Origin: Thiotrichaceae bacterium UBA7357
Lineage (GTDB): Bacteria > Pseudomonadota > Gammaproteobacteria > Eutrophobiales > Eutrophobiaceae
DNA: 64,000 nucleotides
Assembly (NCBI GenBank): GCA_002470825.1
Contig: DKOR01000018.1
Location: forward strand, 120,482 to 184,481
Direction: 5' to 3'
Shown here: positions 20,000 to 29,141 of the stretch, piece after piece
Numbering within the stretch: the first letter of the stretch is position 1
Layout of the letters: the number at the start of each line of letters is the position of its first letter
Program-made: the position numbers and the translations under genes
The notes under the pieces: generated by a model
Database searches by the model: none
What the model saw: only the letters and a program-made list of their open reading frames with translations
What the model was told of the DNA's origin: nothing

Positions 20000-21157
20000 A
20001 TGCCAAATATATTTAAATTTTTGTATCAACTCTATATAGCCTTATTTTATATATTTTTTGTCGCGAACACCTATGCCTACGAGAATGATGTCAATGCATC
20101 ATCTTGTGAAGAACGACAGCAATTTACCTTTAGCTGGCAATTTAATACACACTGCGACATGGTCCCAAGAGGTGGAACCACTCATGGAACAAAAATATCT
20201 TTGGATCCAAGCCCACATCAAGGCTGGTTAGATCTAAAAGAAAAAGGGCTATCGAAGTTTGAAAAAGATCGAAGAGCTATATTAGCTATGTCCGGGCCTT
20301 ATCGCACAAGTTTTGATTTTATTGAAATAGTCGGTTATATCCCTAGTTTCCGCCCAGACAAACCATATCAATCTTGGGGGACTGAATATGTTTACGTAGT
20401 TGAAGATCAGGACGATTTTATTAGCCTGCAACATATCATGGTTATGTATGTAAAAACCAACGATAAAATTTCAGAGCCAATAGTAATGAAACATTGGCGT
20501 CAGGATTGGCAATATGAGAAACAAGAAATTCTTAGCTACATTGGCAATAACACATGGAAAAAGGTAAGTCTGTCAAAAGAAGAAATTAATGGTAACTGGT
20601 CACAAGCTGTTTATCAGGTTGAAGATTCTCCTCGATATGAATCATTTGGTCGATGGGAACATAACTCTGATTTTTCCACTTGGCTGAGTGCAAAGACGTG
20701 GCGTCCCCTGCCTCGACGCGAATACAGTGTCCGTGATGACTATCAGATTCTCGATGGCTTTAATCGTCATACTATAGTGCCGAGCGGTTGGGTTCATGAA
20801 CAGGAAAACTACAAATTAGTCCTAAATTCCAATGATAAATTTAAACAAAAAAAATCTTATTTATCTAAGGAGTTAGGTTTAAATCGATATGAACGAATTG
20901 TCGAACATGATTTCACTCCGGGTCACCGTTATTGGGAAAAAACCAACTCTTACTGGCGAGATGTACGAATTATATGGTCAGAACTTATTCATAAAAAATC
21001 AGTGCTAGTGATGGAGAAATTAGTAGATGGACAACCTCTTTTTATCAACCTGTTCGATTACGCGGAAAAATTACAAATTCAGCCATATGATTCTGAAAAG
21101 GGAAAAATATTTATACGTAAGACTCTAACCGATTATATAAAGATTCATGCTTCCTAG
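20000..21157 (+). CDS. Hypothetical secreted/periplasmic protein (signal peptide, Trp/Tyr-rich, no recognised domain)
   Basis: 385 aa. The N-terminus IALFYIFFVANTYA|YEN looks like a Sec signal peptide. No family recognised by eye. Preceded by a 1 kb ORF-free AT-rich tract. Confidence 0.55.
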   Translation: MPNIFKFLYQLYIALFYIFFVANTYAYENDVNASSCEERQQFTFSWQFNTHCDMVPRGGTTHGTKISLDPSPHQGWLDLKEKGLSKFEKDRRAILAMSGPYRTSFDFIEIVGYIPSFRPDKPYQSWGTEYVYVVEDQDDFISLQHIMVMYVKTNDKISEPIVMKHWRQDWQYEKQEILSYIGNNTWKKVSLSKEEINGNWSQAVYQVEDSPRYESFGRWEHNSDFSTWLSAKTWRPLPRREYSVRDDYQILDGFNRHTIVPSGWVHEQENYKLVLNSNDKFKQKKSYLSKELGLNRYERIVEHDFTPGHRYWEKTNSYWRDVRIIWSELIHKKSVLVMEKLVDGQPLFINLFDYAEKLQIQPYDSEKGKIFIRKTLTDYIKIHAS

Positions 21158-21218
21158 ATTGAGAATAAGAGTTACGCCATAACTTTTTTTAATGCATAGG
21201 CTTTATCACTATAAATCG

Positions 21219-21821
21219 TTAATGGATGATTTTAGCCTGTTCGATTAGACGAATATTTATTTGAATACGTTCTAGGGGATTGTCTTTGCTATCTCGTTTT
21301 TGTGAAACAATCTTGTCTACGATTTCTATACCTTCAGTCACTTCACCAAACACAGTATATTGTCCATCAAGAAAGTTTGAGTCCTTCACAACAATAAAAA
21401 ATTGAGAGCCGGCACTGTTTGGATCTTGGGAACGTGCCATCGAGAGGACGCCTCTTTTATGGGGACGTTTATTAAATTCAGAAGGGATTTCGTAATCAGG
21501 GCCACCTGTACCGTAGAGTGATTTGTCTGTACCTTTTGTTAATGGATCTCCTCCCTGAATCATAAAACCTGGAATGACGCGATGAAAAATAGTCCCGTCA
21601 TAAAATCCTGATCCTGCTAATGTTAAAAAATTATCGACATGTTTAGGCGCATCATCAGGGAAAAATCGAAGTTCGATATTACCAAATTTCGTTTCGATGA
21701 CGCTTGTTGGTAATGATTCCTCAGCAAAGACAAAAGCAGATATTATCAGAAGTAAAAAACCAATATTGAAACGACAAATATTTTTTGTATTAATAAAAAT
21801 CATAGACAAAGTATATTCCAT
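21219..21821 (-). CDS. ppiA: Periplasmic peptidyl-prolyl cis-trans isomerase, cyclophilin type
   Basis: 200 aa with a signal peptide plus FHRVIPGFMIQGGDP and SMAR..PNSAGSQFFI cyclophilin motifs. Confidence 0.9.
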   Translation of the reverse strand: MEYTLSMIFINTKNICRFNIGFLLLIISAFVFAEESLPTSVIETKFGNIELRFFPDDAPKHVDNFLTLAGSGFYDGTIFHRVIPGFMIQGGDPLTKGTDKSLYGTGGPDYEIPSEFNKRPHKRGVLSMARSQDPNSAGSQFFIVVKDSNFLDGQYTVFGEVTEGIEIVDKIVSQKRDSKDNPLERIQINIRLIEQAKIIH

Positions 21822-21925
21822 TTAAAGATTAGGATGTTTTCCAACTTATGATATAAAGAAATAATTTTTAGTTCAATAATAAAACTTTATATCAATTATG
21901 CTAATACGTATTATCATTAACAATT

Positions 21926-23209
21926 ATGCAAGATTTAAACAAATTACTTGATATAGATAAAAATTTAATCTGGCATCCTTATAGTGCCATGTCTTCTGAC
22001 TTACCGATTTACCATGTTGACTCTGCCAATGGTGTGCGTCTAAAACTCAGTAATGGACAAGAACTGATTGATGGGATGTCATCTTGGTGGAGTGTTATTC
22101 ATGGCTATAATCATCCAGCAATGAATCAAGCTTTAGAACGACAGCTTAAGGATATGGCGCATATCATGTTCGGTGGTTTGACTCATACGCCCGCAATTAG
22201 ACTAACTGAAAAGATAATAGACATCACCCCCGAACCTTTAAATGCTGTCTTTTACTCCGATTCTGGTTCAGTTGCAGTTGAAGTTGCGATGAAGATGGCG
22301 ATTCAATATTGGCATGCTAAAGGAAAAACAAAGCGACAACGATTTATCAGTTTACGTTCGGGATATCATGGTGACACCTTAGGTGCGATGTCAGTATCTG
22401 ACCCTGAGACAGGCATACATAGCTTGTTTTCTGGCATGCTTCCCAAACAGATATTTATCGAACAACCTCAATGTCGCTTCGGTGAGCCTTGCACAGATAA
22501 TAATATTGCAGTACTCAAGAAGGTATTAACGGAATATGGAAAACACTGTGCGGCTTTGATTATAGAGCCGATAGTACAAGGTGCGGGTGGAATGTGGTTC
22601 TATTCGGCAGATTATTTAGTGAAAGCTCGTAAATTATGTGATGAACACGATTTGTTGCTAATCTTCGATGAAATAGCGACAGGGTTTGGTCGAACAGGAA
22701 AATTATTTGCCTGCGAACATGCTAATGTTGTTCCCGATATAATGTGTCTTGGCAAGGCTTTGACTGGTGGATATTTGTCTTTAGCAGCAACATTAACAAA
22801 ACAAGAGATATATCTAACAATTGACGGAGGTGACCCTGGGGTTTTTATGCATGGGCCTACTTTTATGGCGAATCCACTGGCTTGTAGAGCGGCACTTACT
22901 AGTATCTGTTTATTACTAGAGTCTAAATGGCAAGTAAATATTAATCGAATTCAACAATTATTAGAGAAAGGATTGGCTCCTTGTCGTAATTCATCTAAGG
23001 TAAATGATGTCCGTGTTTTAGGTGGCATTGGGGTTGTAGAATTGAAAAAACCAGTTGATATGTACACAACAGTACCAAAATTTGTAAAAGCAGGAGTTTG
23101 GATACGTCCTTTTGGTAAGTTAATATATGTTATGCCTCCATACATCATTAGTGATGCAGACTTAGCAACTTTGACTAGTGTCATAGTCTCTGTCATTGAT
23201 GATAGTTAG
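21926..23209 (+). CDS. bioA: Adenosylmethionine-8-amino-7-oxononanoate aminotransferase
   Basis: 427 aa with LIFDEIATGFGRTGKLFACEH and the PLP-Lys GKALTGG; BioA-like throughout. Confidence 0.9.
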   Translation: MQDLNKLLDIDKNLIWHPYSAMSSDLPIYHVDSANGVRLKLSNGQELIDGMSSWWSVIHGYNHPAMNQALERQLKDMAHIMFGGLTHTPAIRLTEKIIDITPEPLNAVFYSDSGSVAVEVAMKMAIQYWHAKGKTKRQRFISLRSGYHGDTLGAMSVSDPETGIHSLFSGMLPKQIFIEQPQCRFGEPCTDNNIAVLKKVLTEYGKHCAALIIEPIVQGAGGMWFYSADYLVKARKLCDEHDLLLIFDEIATGFGRTGKLFACEHANVVPDIMCLGKALTGGYLSLAATLTKQEIYLTIDGGDPGVFMHGPTFMANPLACRAALTSICLLLESKWQVNINRIQQLLEKGLAPCRNSSKVNDVRVLGGIGVVELKKPVDMYTTVPKFVKAGVWIRPFGKLIYVMPPYIISDADLATLTSVIVSVIDDS

Positions 23210-23279
23210 AAAATTCTTATTTTAAATAAACACGATGTCCAAATGATTTTGCAGTTGGTACCATCCTTACTTGTTCAAT

Positions 23280-23391
23280 GGTGGCCTTTACCGGTCCCCT
23301 CGCAACACGAAATTGTGAATCCCGCCAGGTCCGGAAGGAAGCAACGGTAGCAGTCGATGTGTGTGACGGGGTAGGGACGGTATAGGCCGCC
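23280..23391 (+). ncRNA. ffs: Signal recognition particle RNA (4.5S RNA, small SRP RNA)
   Basis: Contains the near-invariant domain IV sequence GTGAATCCCGCCAGGTCCGGAAGGAAGCAACGGTAG. The 5' GGTGGCC pairs with the 3' GGCCGCC and the RNA is followed by a T8 run (23396..23403). Typical position just upstream of dnaX. Confidence 0.85.
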
Positions 23392-23528
23392 TCCATTTTT
23401 TTATACAGTATTTGTATGTCATTTGTGAAAATTCAAAACGTTTCGCGGCTATGGGTTTCCTTATGTATAATGAGGATAAATCATGATGTTATTTTAGTGA
23501 TAATTAAACAACAAAAAAACAAAAACCT

Positions 23529-25121
23529 ATGACTTATCAGGTGCTTGCACGAAAATGGCGGCCAAAATCATTCCAAGAAATGGCCGGACAATCACATGTT
23601 TTAAAAGCATTGACTAACGCGCTAGACCAAGATCGTTTACACCATGCTTATTTGTTTGCTGGTACACGTGGAGTGGGCAAGACAACCTTGGCTAGAATTC
23701 TGGCTAAATGTCTAAATTGTGATACTGGTGTAAGTTCGACTCCTTGTGGAATATGTAATGCTTGTGTTGCAATAGACGAAGGTAGATTTGTTGATTTAAT
23801 TGAAGTCGATGCCGCATCTCGCGCCAAAGTAGAGGAAACACGTGATTTGATGGATAATGTCCAGTACGCTCCAAGCATTGGTAGATATAAAGTTTATCTC
23901 ATTGATGAAATCCATATGTTTTCTAATCATAGCTTCAATGCCTTACTAAAAACACTTGAAGAACCACCACCGCATGTTAAATTTTTACTGGCAACAACTG
24001 AACCTAAAAAATTACCCATTACGATATTGTCGCGATGCTTACAATTTAATTTAAGTCATTTAACTAATCATCAAATTACGAAACAGGTTGAAATGATATT
24101 GGGGCATGAAAAGATAAATTTTGATTTTGAATCAGTAGAGCATATTGCTCGTGGCGCGACTGGAAGTATGCGCGATGCGCTAAGTTTATTAGATCAAGCG
24201 ATTGCTTATTGTGGTGGAATTTTGGAAGAATCTCAGGTCCGCGCTATGATGGGAACGGTCAACAGCAGTGACTTGAATGGTCTTATTCAGGCATTGATTG
24301 ATGCTGATCCAGAATCATTGTTAAGCACAATAGAATCTATTGCATTACAAAACCCTGATTTTGATGCTTTGTTGGCAGAACTATTAAGCCTGCTACAAAA
24401 AATAGCAATAATACAAATATTGCCAGCAAATTCTAGCAACCCAATAAAAGATAATCCTATATTAGTTGATTTTGCTAATGTGATGAATAAAGAAGACACT
24501 CAACTTTATTATCAAATAGGTATGATGGGGCGTAAAGATATTCATTTTGCCCCGGATGTTAAGTCAGGCTTTGAAATGGTTATGATAAGGATGTTGGTAT
24601 TTAAACCAAACATAGAAAATGAACCAAAATTTCAAAAATCAAACACTAAAACACCAACTGAAGTTCTAGCAAAGAATTCTGTGACACCAATAGCAACACA
24701 GAAAGCAAAGGAGAATAAAACATCAATAAAAAAAATAACGTCCAATAATGAATGGAAAAAAATCACTGAAAAAATGGAGCTGGCTGGACTGGTGAAAGAA
24801 TTGGCTGAAAATTGTGTATTGAAGGCACATGTTGATAATCGTATAGCGCTAGCATTATCACCAACACAAGAACACTTACTACTTAATCAAAATCAAAGAG
24901 ATCGTTTTGAGCAAGCGATTCAAACTCATTTTGGACAAAATGTTAAATTAGTGATTCTGCTGGAAGACTCAACAAATGAAACACCTTCCGAAACCAATGC
25001 TCGAGTAAAGAGAGAAAAACAAAAAGCGGCTGAAAATTCTTTAAAAAACGATCCAACAGTTAAGTCATTAATGGATACATTTGATGCATCAATTGATCAA
25101 GATTCAATTCAACCACAATAA
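23529..25121 (+). CDS. dnaX: DNA polymerase III subunits gamma/tau
   Basis: 530 aa with the Walker A GTRGVGKTT, the zinc module CGICNAC and the ATTEP..KLP box. Confidence 0.95.
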   Translation: MTYQVLARKWRPKSFQEMAGQSHVLKALTNALDQDRLHHAYLFAGTRGVGKTTLARILAKCLNCDTGVSSTPCGICNACVAIDEGRFVDLIEVDAASRAKVEETRDLMDNVQYAPSIGRYKVYLIDEIHMFSNHSFNALLKTLEEPPPHVKFLLATTEPKKLPITILSRCLQFNLSHLTNHQITKQVEMILGHEKINFDFESVEHIARGATGSMRDALSLLDQAIAYCGGILEESQVRAMMGTVNSSDLNGLIQALIDADPESLLSTIESIALQNPDFDALLAELLSLLQKIAIIQILPANSSNPIKDNPILVDFANVMNKEDTQLYYQIGMMGRKDIHFAPDVKSGFEMVMIRMLVFKPNIENEPKFQKSNTKTPTEVLAKNSVTPIATQKAKENKTSIKKITSNNEWKKITEKMELAGLVKELAENCVLKAHVDNRIALALSPTQEHLLLNQNQRDRFEQAIQTHFGQNVKLVILLEDSTNETPSETNARVKREKQKAAENSLKNDPTVKSLMDTFDASIDQDSIQPQ

Positions 25122-25152
25122 AATATATTTTTAAATATGGGGAAATAAAACG

Positions 25153-25476
25153 ATGAAAGGTGGTATGGGAAATATCATGAAACAAGCTCAGCAGATGCAG
25201 GGTAATATGGAAAAAGCACAAAAAGAACTTGCTGATACAGAAGTCATAGGTGAATCAGGAGCAGGTTTGGTTAAAATTACAATGAATGGCCGTCATGATG
25301 TAAAACGTGTTGTTATTGATCCCGAGCTTATGAATGATGATAAAGAGATGCTTGAAGACCTTATTGCTGCAGCTGTAAATGATGCGAATCGGCGGGTAGA
25401 AATAATGACACAGGAAAAGATGGCTAGTGTTACCGCTGGAATGGATTTACCAGCAGGAATGAAACTTCCGTTTTAA
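25153..25476 (+). CDS. ybaB: Nucleoid-associated protein YbaB/EbfC
   Basis: 107 aa matching the YbaB family pattern ([12 protein letters not shown]...), in the conserved dnaX-ybaB-recR order. Confidence 0.9.
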   Translation: MKGGMGNIMKQAQQMQGNMEKAQKELADTEVIGESGAGLVKITMNGRHDVKRVVIDPELMNDDKEMLEDLIAAAVNDANRRVEIMTQEKMASVTAGMDLPAGMKLPF

Positions 25477-25506
25477 TCTTTTGATAAAAATTCAGTTAGT
25501 AGTCTT

Positions 25507-26100
25507 ATGATTCAAAAATCCTTGTTAGAAAAATTGGTTGAAGCGTTGCGTTGTATGCCTGGGATAGGAAAGAAATCAGCCCAACGTATCGCATATCAGT
25601 TATTACAAAGAGATCGTGATGCTGCAAAGCACCTATCTAGACTCTTGGGAGAGGCAATGGAAAAAATTGGACATTGTGAACGTTGTCGCACCTACACTGA
25701 AAATACATTATGTCAACTTTGTGAAAATAAAAAACGTGATGATAGTATTCTTTGTATCGTAGAAAATCCATCTGATGTTGACTCAATTGAAGAAGCAAAT
25801 TATCGAGGACGATATTATGTTTTACTTGGGCATTTGTCGCCGTTAGATGGAATTGGACCTGATGATATAGGTCTAAATGAATTGCCAAGATTATTAGATG
25901 ATGAAGAATTAAATGAAGTGATCCTTGCAACGAGCAGTACTGTTGAAGGAGAGGCCACAGCACATTTTATCAGCGAAATGGTAAAAGTACGTGGAAAAAC
26001 AGTCTCCAGGATAGCACATGGAGTGCCTATGGGTGGAGAGCTTGAATACGTTAATAGTTTGACAATCGCTCATGCAATAAATGGACGAAAAGCGATCTGA
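25507..26100 (+). CDS. recR: Recombination protein RecR
   Basis: 197 aa with a C4 zinc finger (CERCRTYTENTLCQLC) and a Toprim domain. Confidence 0.95.
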   Translation: MIQKSLLEKLVEALRCMPGIGKKSAQRIAYQLLQRDRDAAKHLSRLLGEAMEKIGHCERCRTYTENTLCQLCENKKRDDSILCIVENPSDVDSIEEANYRGRYYVLLGHLSPLDGIGPDDIGLNELPRLLDDEELNEVILATSSTVEGEATAHFISEMVKVRGKTVSRIAHGVPMGGELEYVNSLTIAHAINGRKAI

Positions 26101-26299
26101 TGATTAGTTGTTTATAAATAAGTTAAAGTGACATATTTGTTCTTCTAAATTGGAGTACATCATATTTTAAGAATGTAATATGAACTTACTGCTAATGATG
26201 ATGATATGTAAGTCAAAAAAACAAGATTATTTTCAAGTAAACGTATAAAGCTAAATTTTTTACGAAATATCTCTCATTTTATAGGTCGGCACGGCTAGT

Positions 26300-26860
26300 T
26301 TCTTGGCCTTGGACTATTACCATTTCTTTGTTTAAGAGTTTACCGTGTCGCTATGGACTTTGACAATAGCAGTACTATTCTTAAAAGAAGTTGTAACTAT
26401 AAAAAAGATAATAGCCGTTTTATTTGGAATGGCAGATATCTTAGTTATATTAAAACCAGGTATTGAAATAATTGAACTGACATCACTTGTTGTTTTGATT
26501 GCAGTTATTGGATATGCAGTTTCACATGTTACTACCAAATCATTATCAAACACGGAGTATTCATTAACAGTTTTGTTTTATATGTGTCTTGTACAGTCAA
26601 CAGTTAGTTTTTTATTGACTATTAATAATTGAATATTTCCTGATTTGAAACAATGGCTATGGTTTGGGATAGTTGCTATAGTAGCTTTAATAGCGCATCA
26701 CTCTATTACTAATTCGATGAAACTATAGGAAGCGGTAATTGTAGTAACTCTAGATTTCTTGCGACTGTCATTGATCGCTATTATCGGCGTCATTTGTCAT
26801 GATGAGGCATTTGAGATTGTATTAATTTTAGAGGGGGTGTTTAATACTGTTTGACAATTT
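26300..26860 (+). pseudogene. Remnant of an EamA/DMT-family transporter gene (5'-truncated, frameshifted)
   Basis: Three short ORF pieces in different frames carry EamA-like TM segments: ILVILKPG...LIAVIGYAVSHVTTKSL, then WLWFGIVAIVALIAHHSITNSMKL, then AVIVVTLDFLRLSLIAIIGVICHDE. There is no intact start or first domain. Confidence 0.4.
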
Positions 26861-26960
26861 GATGAATTTGAACATACAAAAATAATAATAAATATAACAA
26901 AGTTAGTTATAGTCTTGATTTGAATTCATAACATTGCGCTGATGTATTACTTATTACCAT

Positions 26961-27254
26961 TTATTTTCCTTGATTGAAATGATAAAAGGAATCGTTTAGA
27001 TAAGTTGTAACTTGATCTGTCTCCTCTTCAAACCACATTAACTCAGACATTAACTCACATTGAACGACACGTTCATGTAGTAACGGATAGCTTTGAATTT
27101 TGCTTTCTTTTCGAGTGTAGAGAGAATGTTCATGACAACGTACACAATTGTCGTTGTGTAGTATCTTGCCATTTTCACTATCAAAAGCATATGCTGTTGA
27201 GTACAACAATGTGAAAACCATGAAGTTTAATAAAGTTCTGTAAAGTAAATTCAT
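26961..27254 (-). CDS. Small secreted protein with a single CxxCH motif (possible heme-binding or metal-binding periplasmic protein)
   Basis: 97 aa with signal peptide MNLLYRTLLNFMVFTLLYSTAYA|FD and the motif CVRCHEH. Its ATG overlaps the stop of the upstream M48 protease gene (ATGA), so the two are translationally coupled. Confidence 0.45.
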   Translation of the reverse strand: MNLLYRTLLNFMVFTLLYSTAYAFDSENGKILHNDNCVRCHEHSLYTRKESKIQSYPLLHERVVQCELMSELMWFEEETDQVTTYLNDSFYHFNQGK

Positions 27255-28495
27255 GTGAACTTATTCATCAAGTGCGCGATTCTAATTGGTGCTGGTGGGT
27301 GTGAATCATGGAATGATGAATATAATGGATCAGGTGTTAAAGTGTTTGCATTCTCACGATATAAGCTGACTAATGCTGTAATTAAGTTTTCTGTTTGTGC
27401 TTGGCTTGCTGCGAAATCATCAGCCTCAAACTCGTGTTGGCGAGAAATAAACGAGAACATTGGTTGTAGAAAAAATGTAAATGCAGGCGAGGCTAATAAA
27501 AATAATATTAACGCCATATAATTAGATGCTTCATCTACTCCAAGACCATTATAGAACCAGGACTCGTTAATCAACCAACCAAGTAACGCCAAGCCAATCA
27601 GAAAAACAGCTCCCAATATCGATATGCGCTTACGAATATGATTACATTTGAAATGCCCAAGTTCGTGTGCCAGAACAGCTTCAATCTCATCGTAACTAAG
27701 TTCGTCGACTAAGGTATCAAAAAAGACAATGCGTTTATTTGCACCAAGTCCTGTAAAGTAGGCGTTGCCATGTGTCGAACGAGTGGAACCATCCATAACG
27801 AAGATACCCTGACTTTTGAATCCATTACGAGTAAGTAGATTTTCAATACGTGTTCTTAATTCTTCATTGTCCAAGGGCCTAAATTTATTAAAAATGGGTG
27901 CTATAAAAGCAGGGTAAGCCCACATCATGATGAGACTAAAACTCAACCATGTCGCCCAAACATAAAGCCACCAATGACTACCACTATTTTCCATAATCCA
28001 AAGCACAAGCAGTAAGATTGGTGTACCGATCAATAGTCCTACTACAGCATTTTTAAGTAGATCAGCGATGAATATTTTTGATGTCGTTTTATTGAAACCA
28101 AAAATTTGTTCTAGTTTAAATGTGCGATAGATAGACATTGGTAAATCGAGTATGGACATGATGACGAAGACACTGAGAATGAAGCCTGTACCGGTCCAAA
28201 TATCCGATAAGCCAAATGAACGTAACCAGTCATCTAGTAACTGAAGACCACCTGCTAATGTCCATAGTATTAAGAATACTGAACCAATGATGAGCTCAGC
28301 GAAACCTGTTCTTACTTTGGCTTGGGTATAGTCTGCAGCCCTATGATGTGCTTCAATTGAAATTTTACCATTGAAGGCATCAGGGACTTCTTCACGATGT
28401 GAACTAATATGGTTGATGTGTCTTTGCACTAAAAACCATTGAATAATAATGCTGACACCTAGGCTCAGTACAAAAATGGTAGTAAAGTGATTCAC
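27251..28495 (-). CDS. M48-family zinc metalloprotease, Ste24/CAAX-protease-like integral membrane protein
   Basis: 414 aa with several N-terminal TM helices, the HELGHFKCNH HExxH motif and a downstream EFEAD motif. GTG start. Confidence 0.85.
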   Translation of the reverse strand: MNHFTTIFVLSLGVSIIIQWFLVQRHINHISSHREEVPDAFNGKISIEAHHRAADYTQAKVRTGFAELIIGSVFLILWTLAGGLQLLDDWLRSFGLSDIWTGTGFILSVFVIMSILDLPMSIYRTFKLEQIFGFNKTTSKIFIADLLKNAVVGLLIGTPILLLVLWIMENSGSHWWLYVWATWLSFSLIMMWAYPAFIAPIFNKFRPLDNEELRTRIENLLTRNGFKSQGIFVMDGSTRSTHGNAYFTGLGANKRIVFFDTLVDELSYDEIEAVLAHELGHFKCNHIRKRISILGAVFLIGLALLGWLINESWFYNGLGVDEASNYMALILFLLASPAFTFFLQPMFSFISRQHEFEADDFAASQAQTENLITALVSLYRENANTLTPDPLYSSFHDSHPPAPIRIAHLMNKFT

Positions 28496-28596
28496 GTGGT
28501 TTTAGTCTCCTGAAAAAAATATTTTCCGTTTTGTAATAAGTTTCTAATTATGTTCATATTCAATAAATAATGGTTAAAATAAAAACTGGATAAAAT

Positions 28597-29139
28597 ATGT
28601 CATATTCTAAAAATAATCTTATATGGATCGATCTGGAAATGACAGGTCTTGATACTGATATTGATCAAATCATAGAGATCGCAACTATTGTTACTGATTC
28701 ACAGCTGAACATCCTTGAGGAAGGCCCAATAATAGCAATCTTTCAAACTGATGATGTACTGAATCAAATGGATGAATGGAATACACGACAACATAATCAA
28801 TCCGGTTTGGTAGAAAGAATCAAGACTAGTTCCTATAATCTCGCTGAAGCTGAGAGTTTTACACTGACATTTTTAAATAAACTCGTTCCAAAAGGAAAAT
28901 CACCAATGTGTGGCAATAGTATATGTCAGGATCGCAGGTTTATGCACCGATTAATGCCAAATTTAGAAGCCTATTTCCATTATCGAAATCTTGATGTAAG
29001 TACTATCAAGGAGATCAAAAATCGCTGGGCGCCTGAACATAAAGATTATAATAAGCAAAGTAACCATCTTGCTATGGACGACATACGCGATTCAATCAAT
29101 GAATTACTATTTTATAGAGAGCATGTCTTTAAAATATAA
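28597..29139 (+). CDS. orn: Oligoribonuclease
   Basis: 180 aa with the DEDDh motifs ([11 protein letters not shown]; HYRNLDVST). Confidence 0.95.
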   Translation: MSYSKNNLIWIDLEMTGLDTDIDQIIEIATIVTDSQLNILEEGPIIAIFQTDDVLNQMDEWNTRQHNQSGLVERIKTSSYNLAEAESFTLTFLNKLVPKGKSPMCGNSICQDRRFMHRLMPNLEAYFHYRNLDVSTIKEIKNRWAPEHKDYNKQSNHLAMDDIRDSINELLFYREHVFKI

Positions 29140-29141
29140 CT

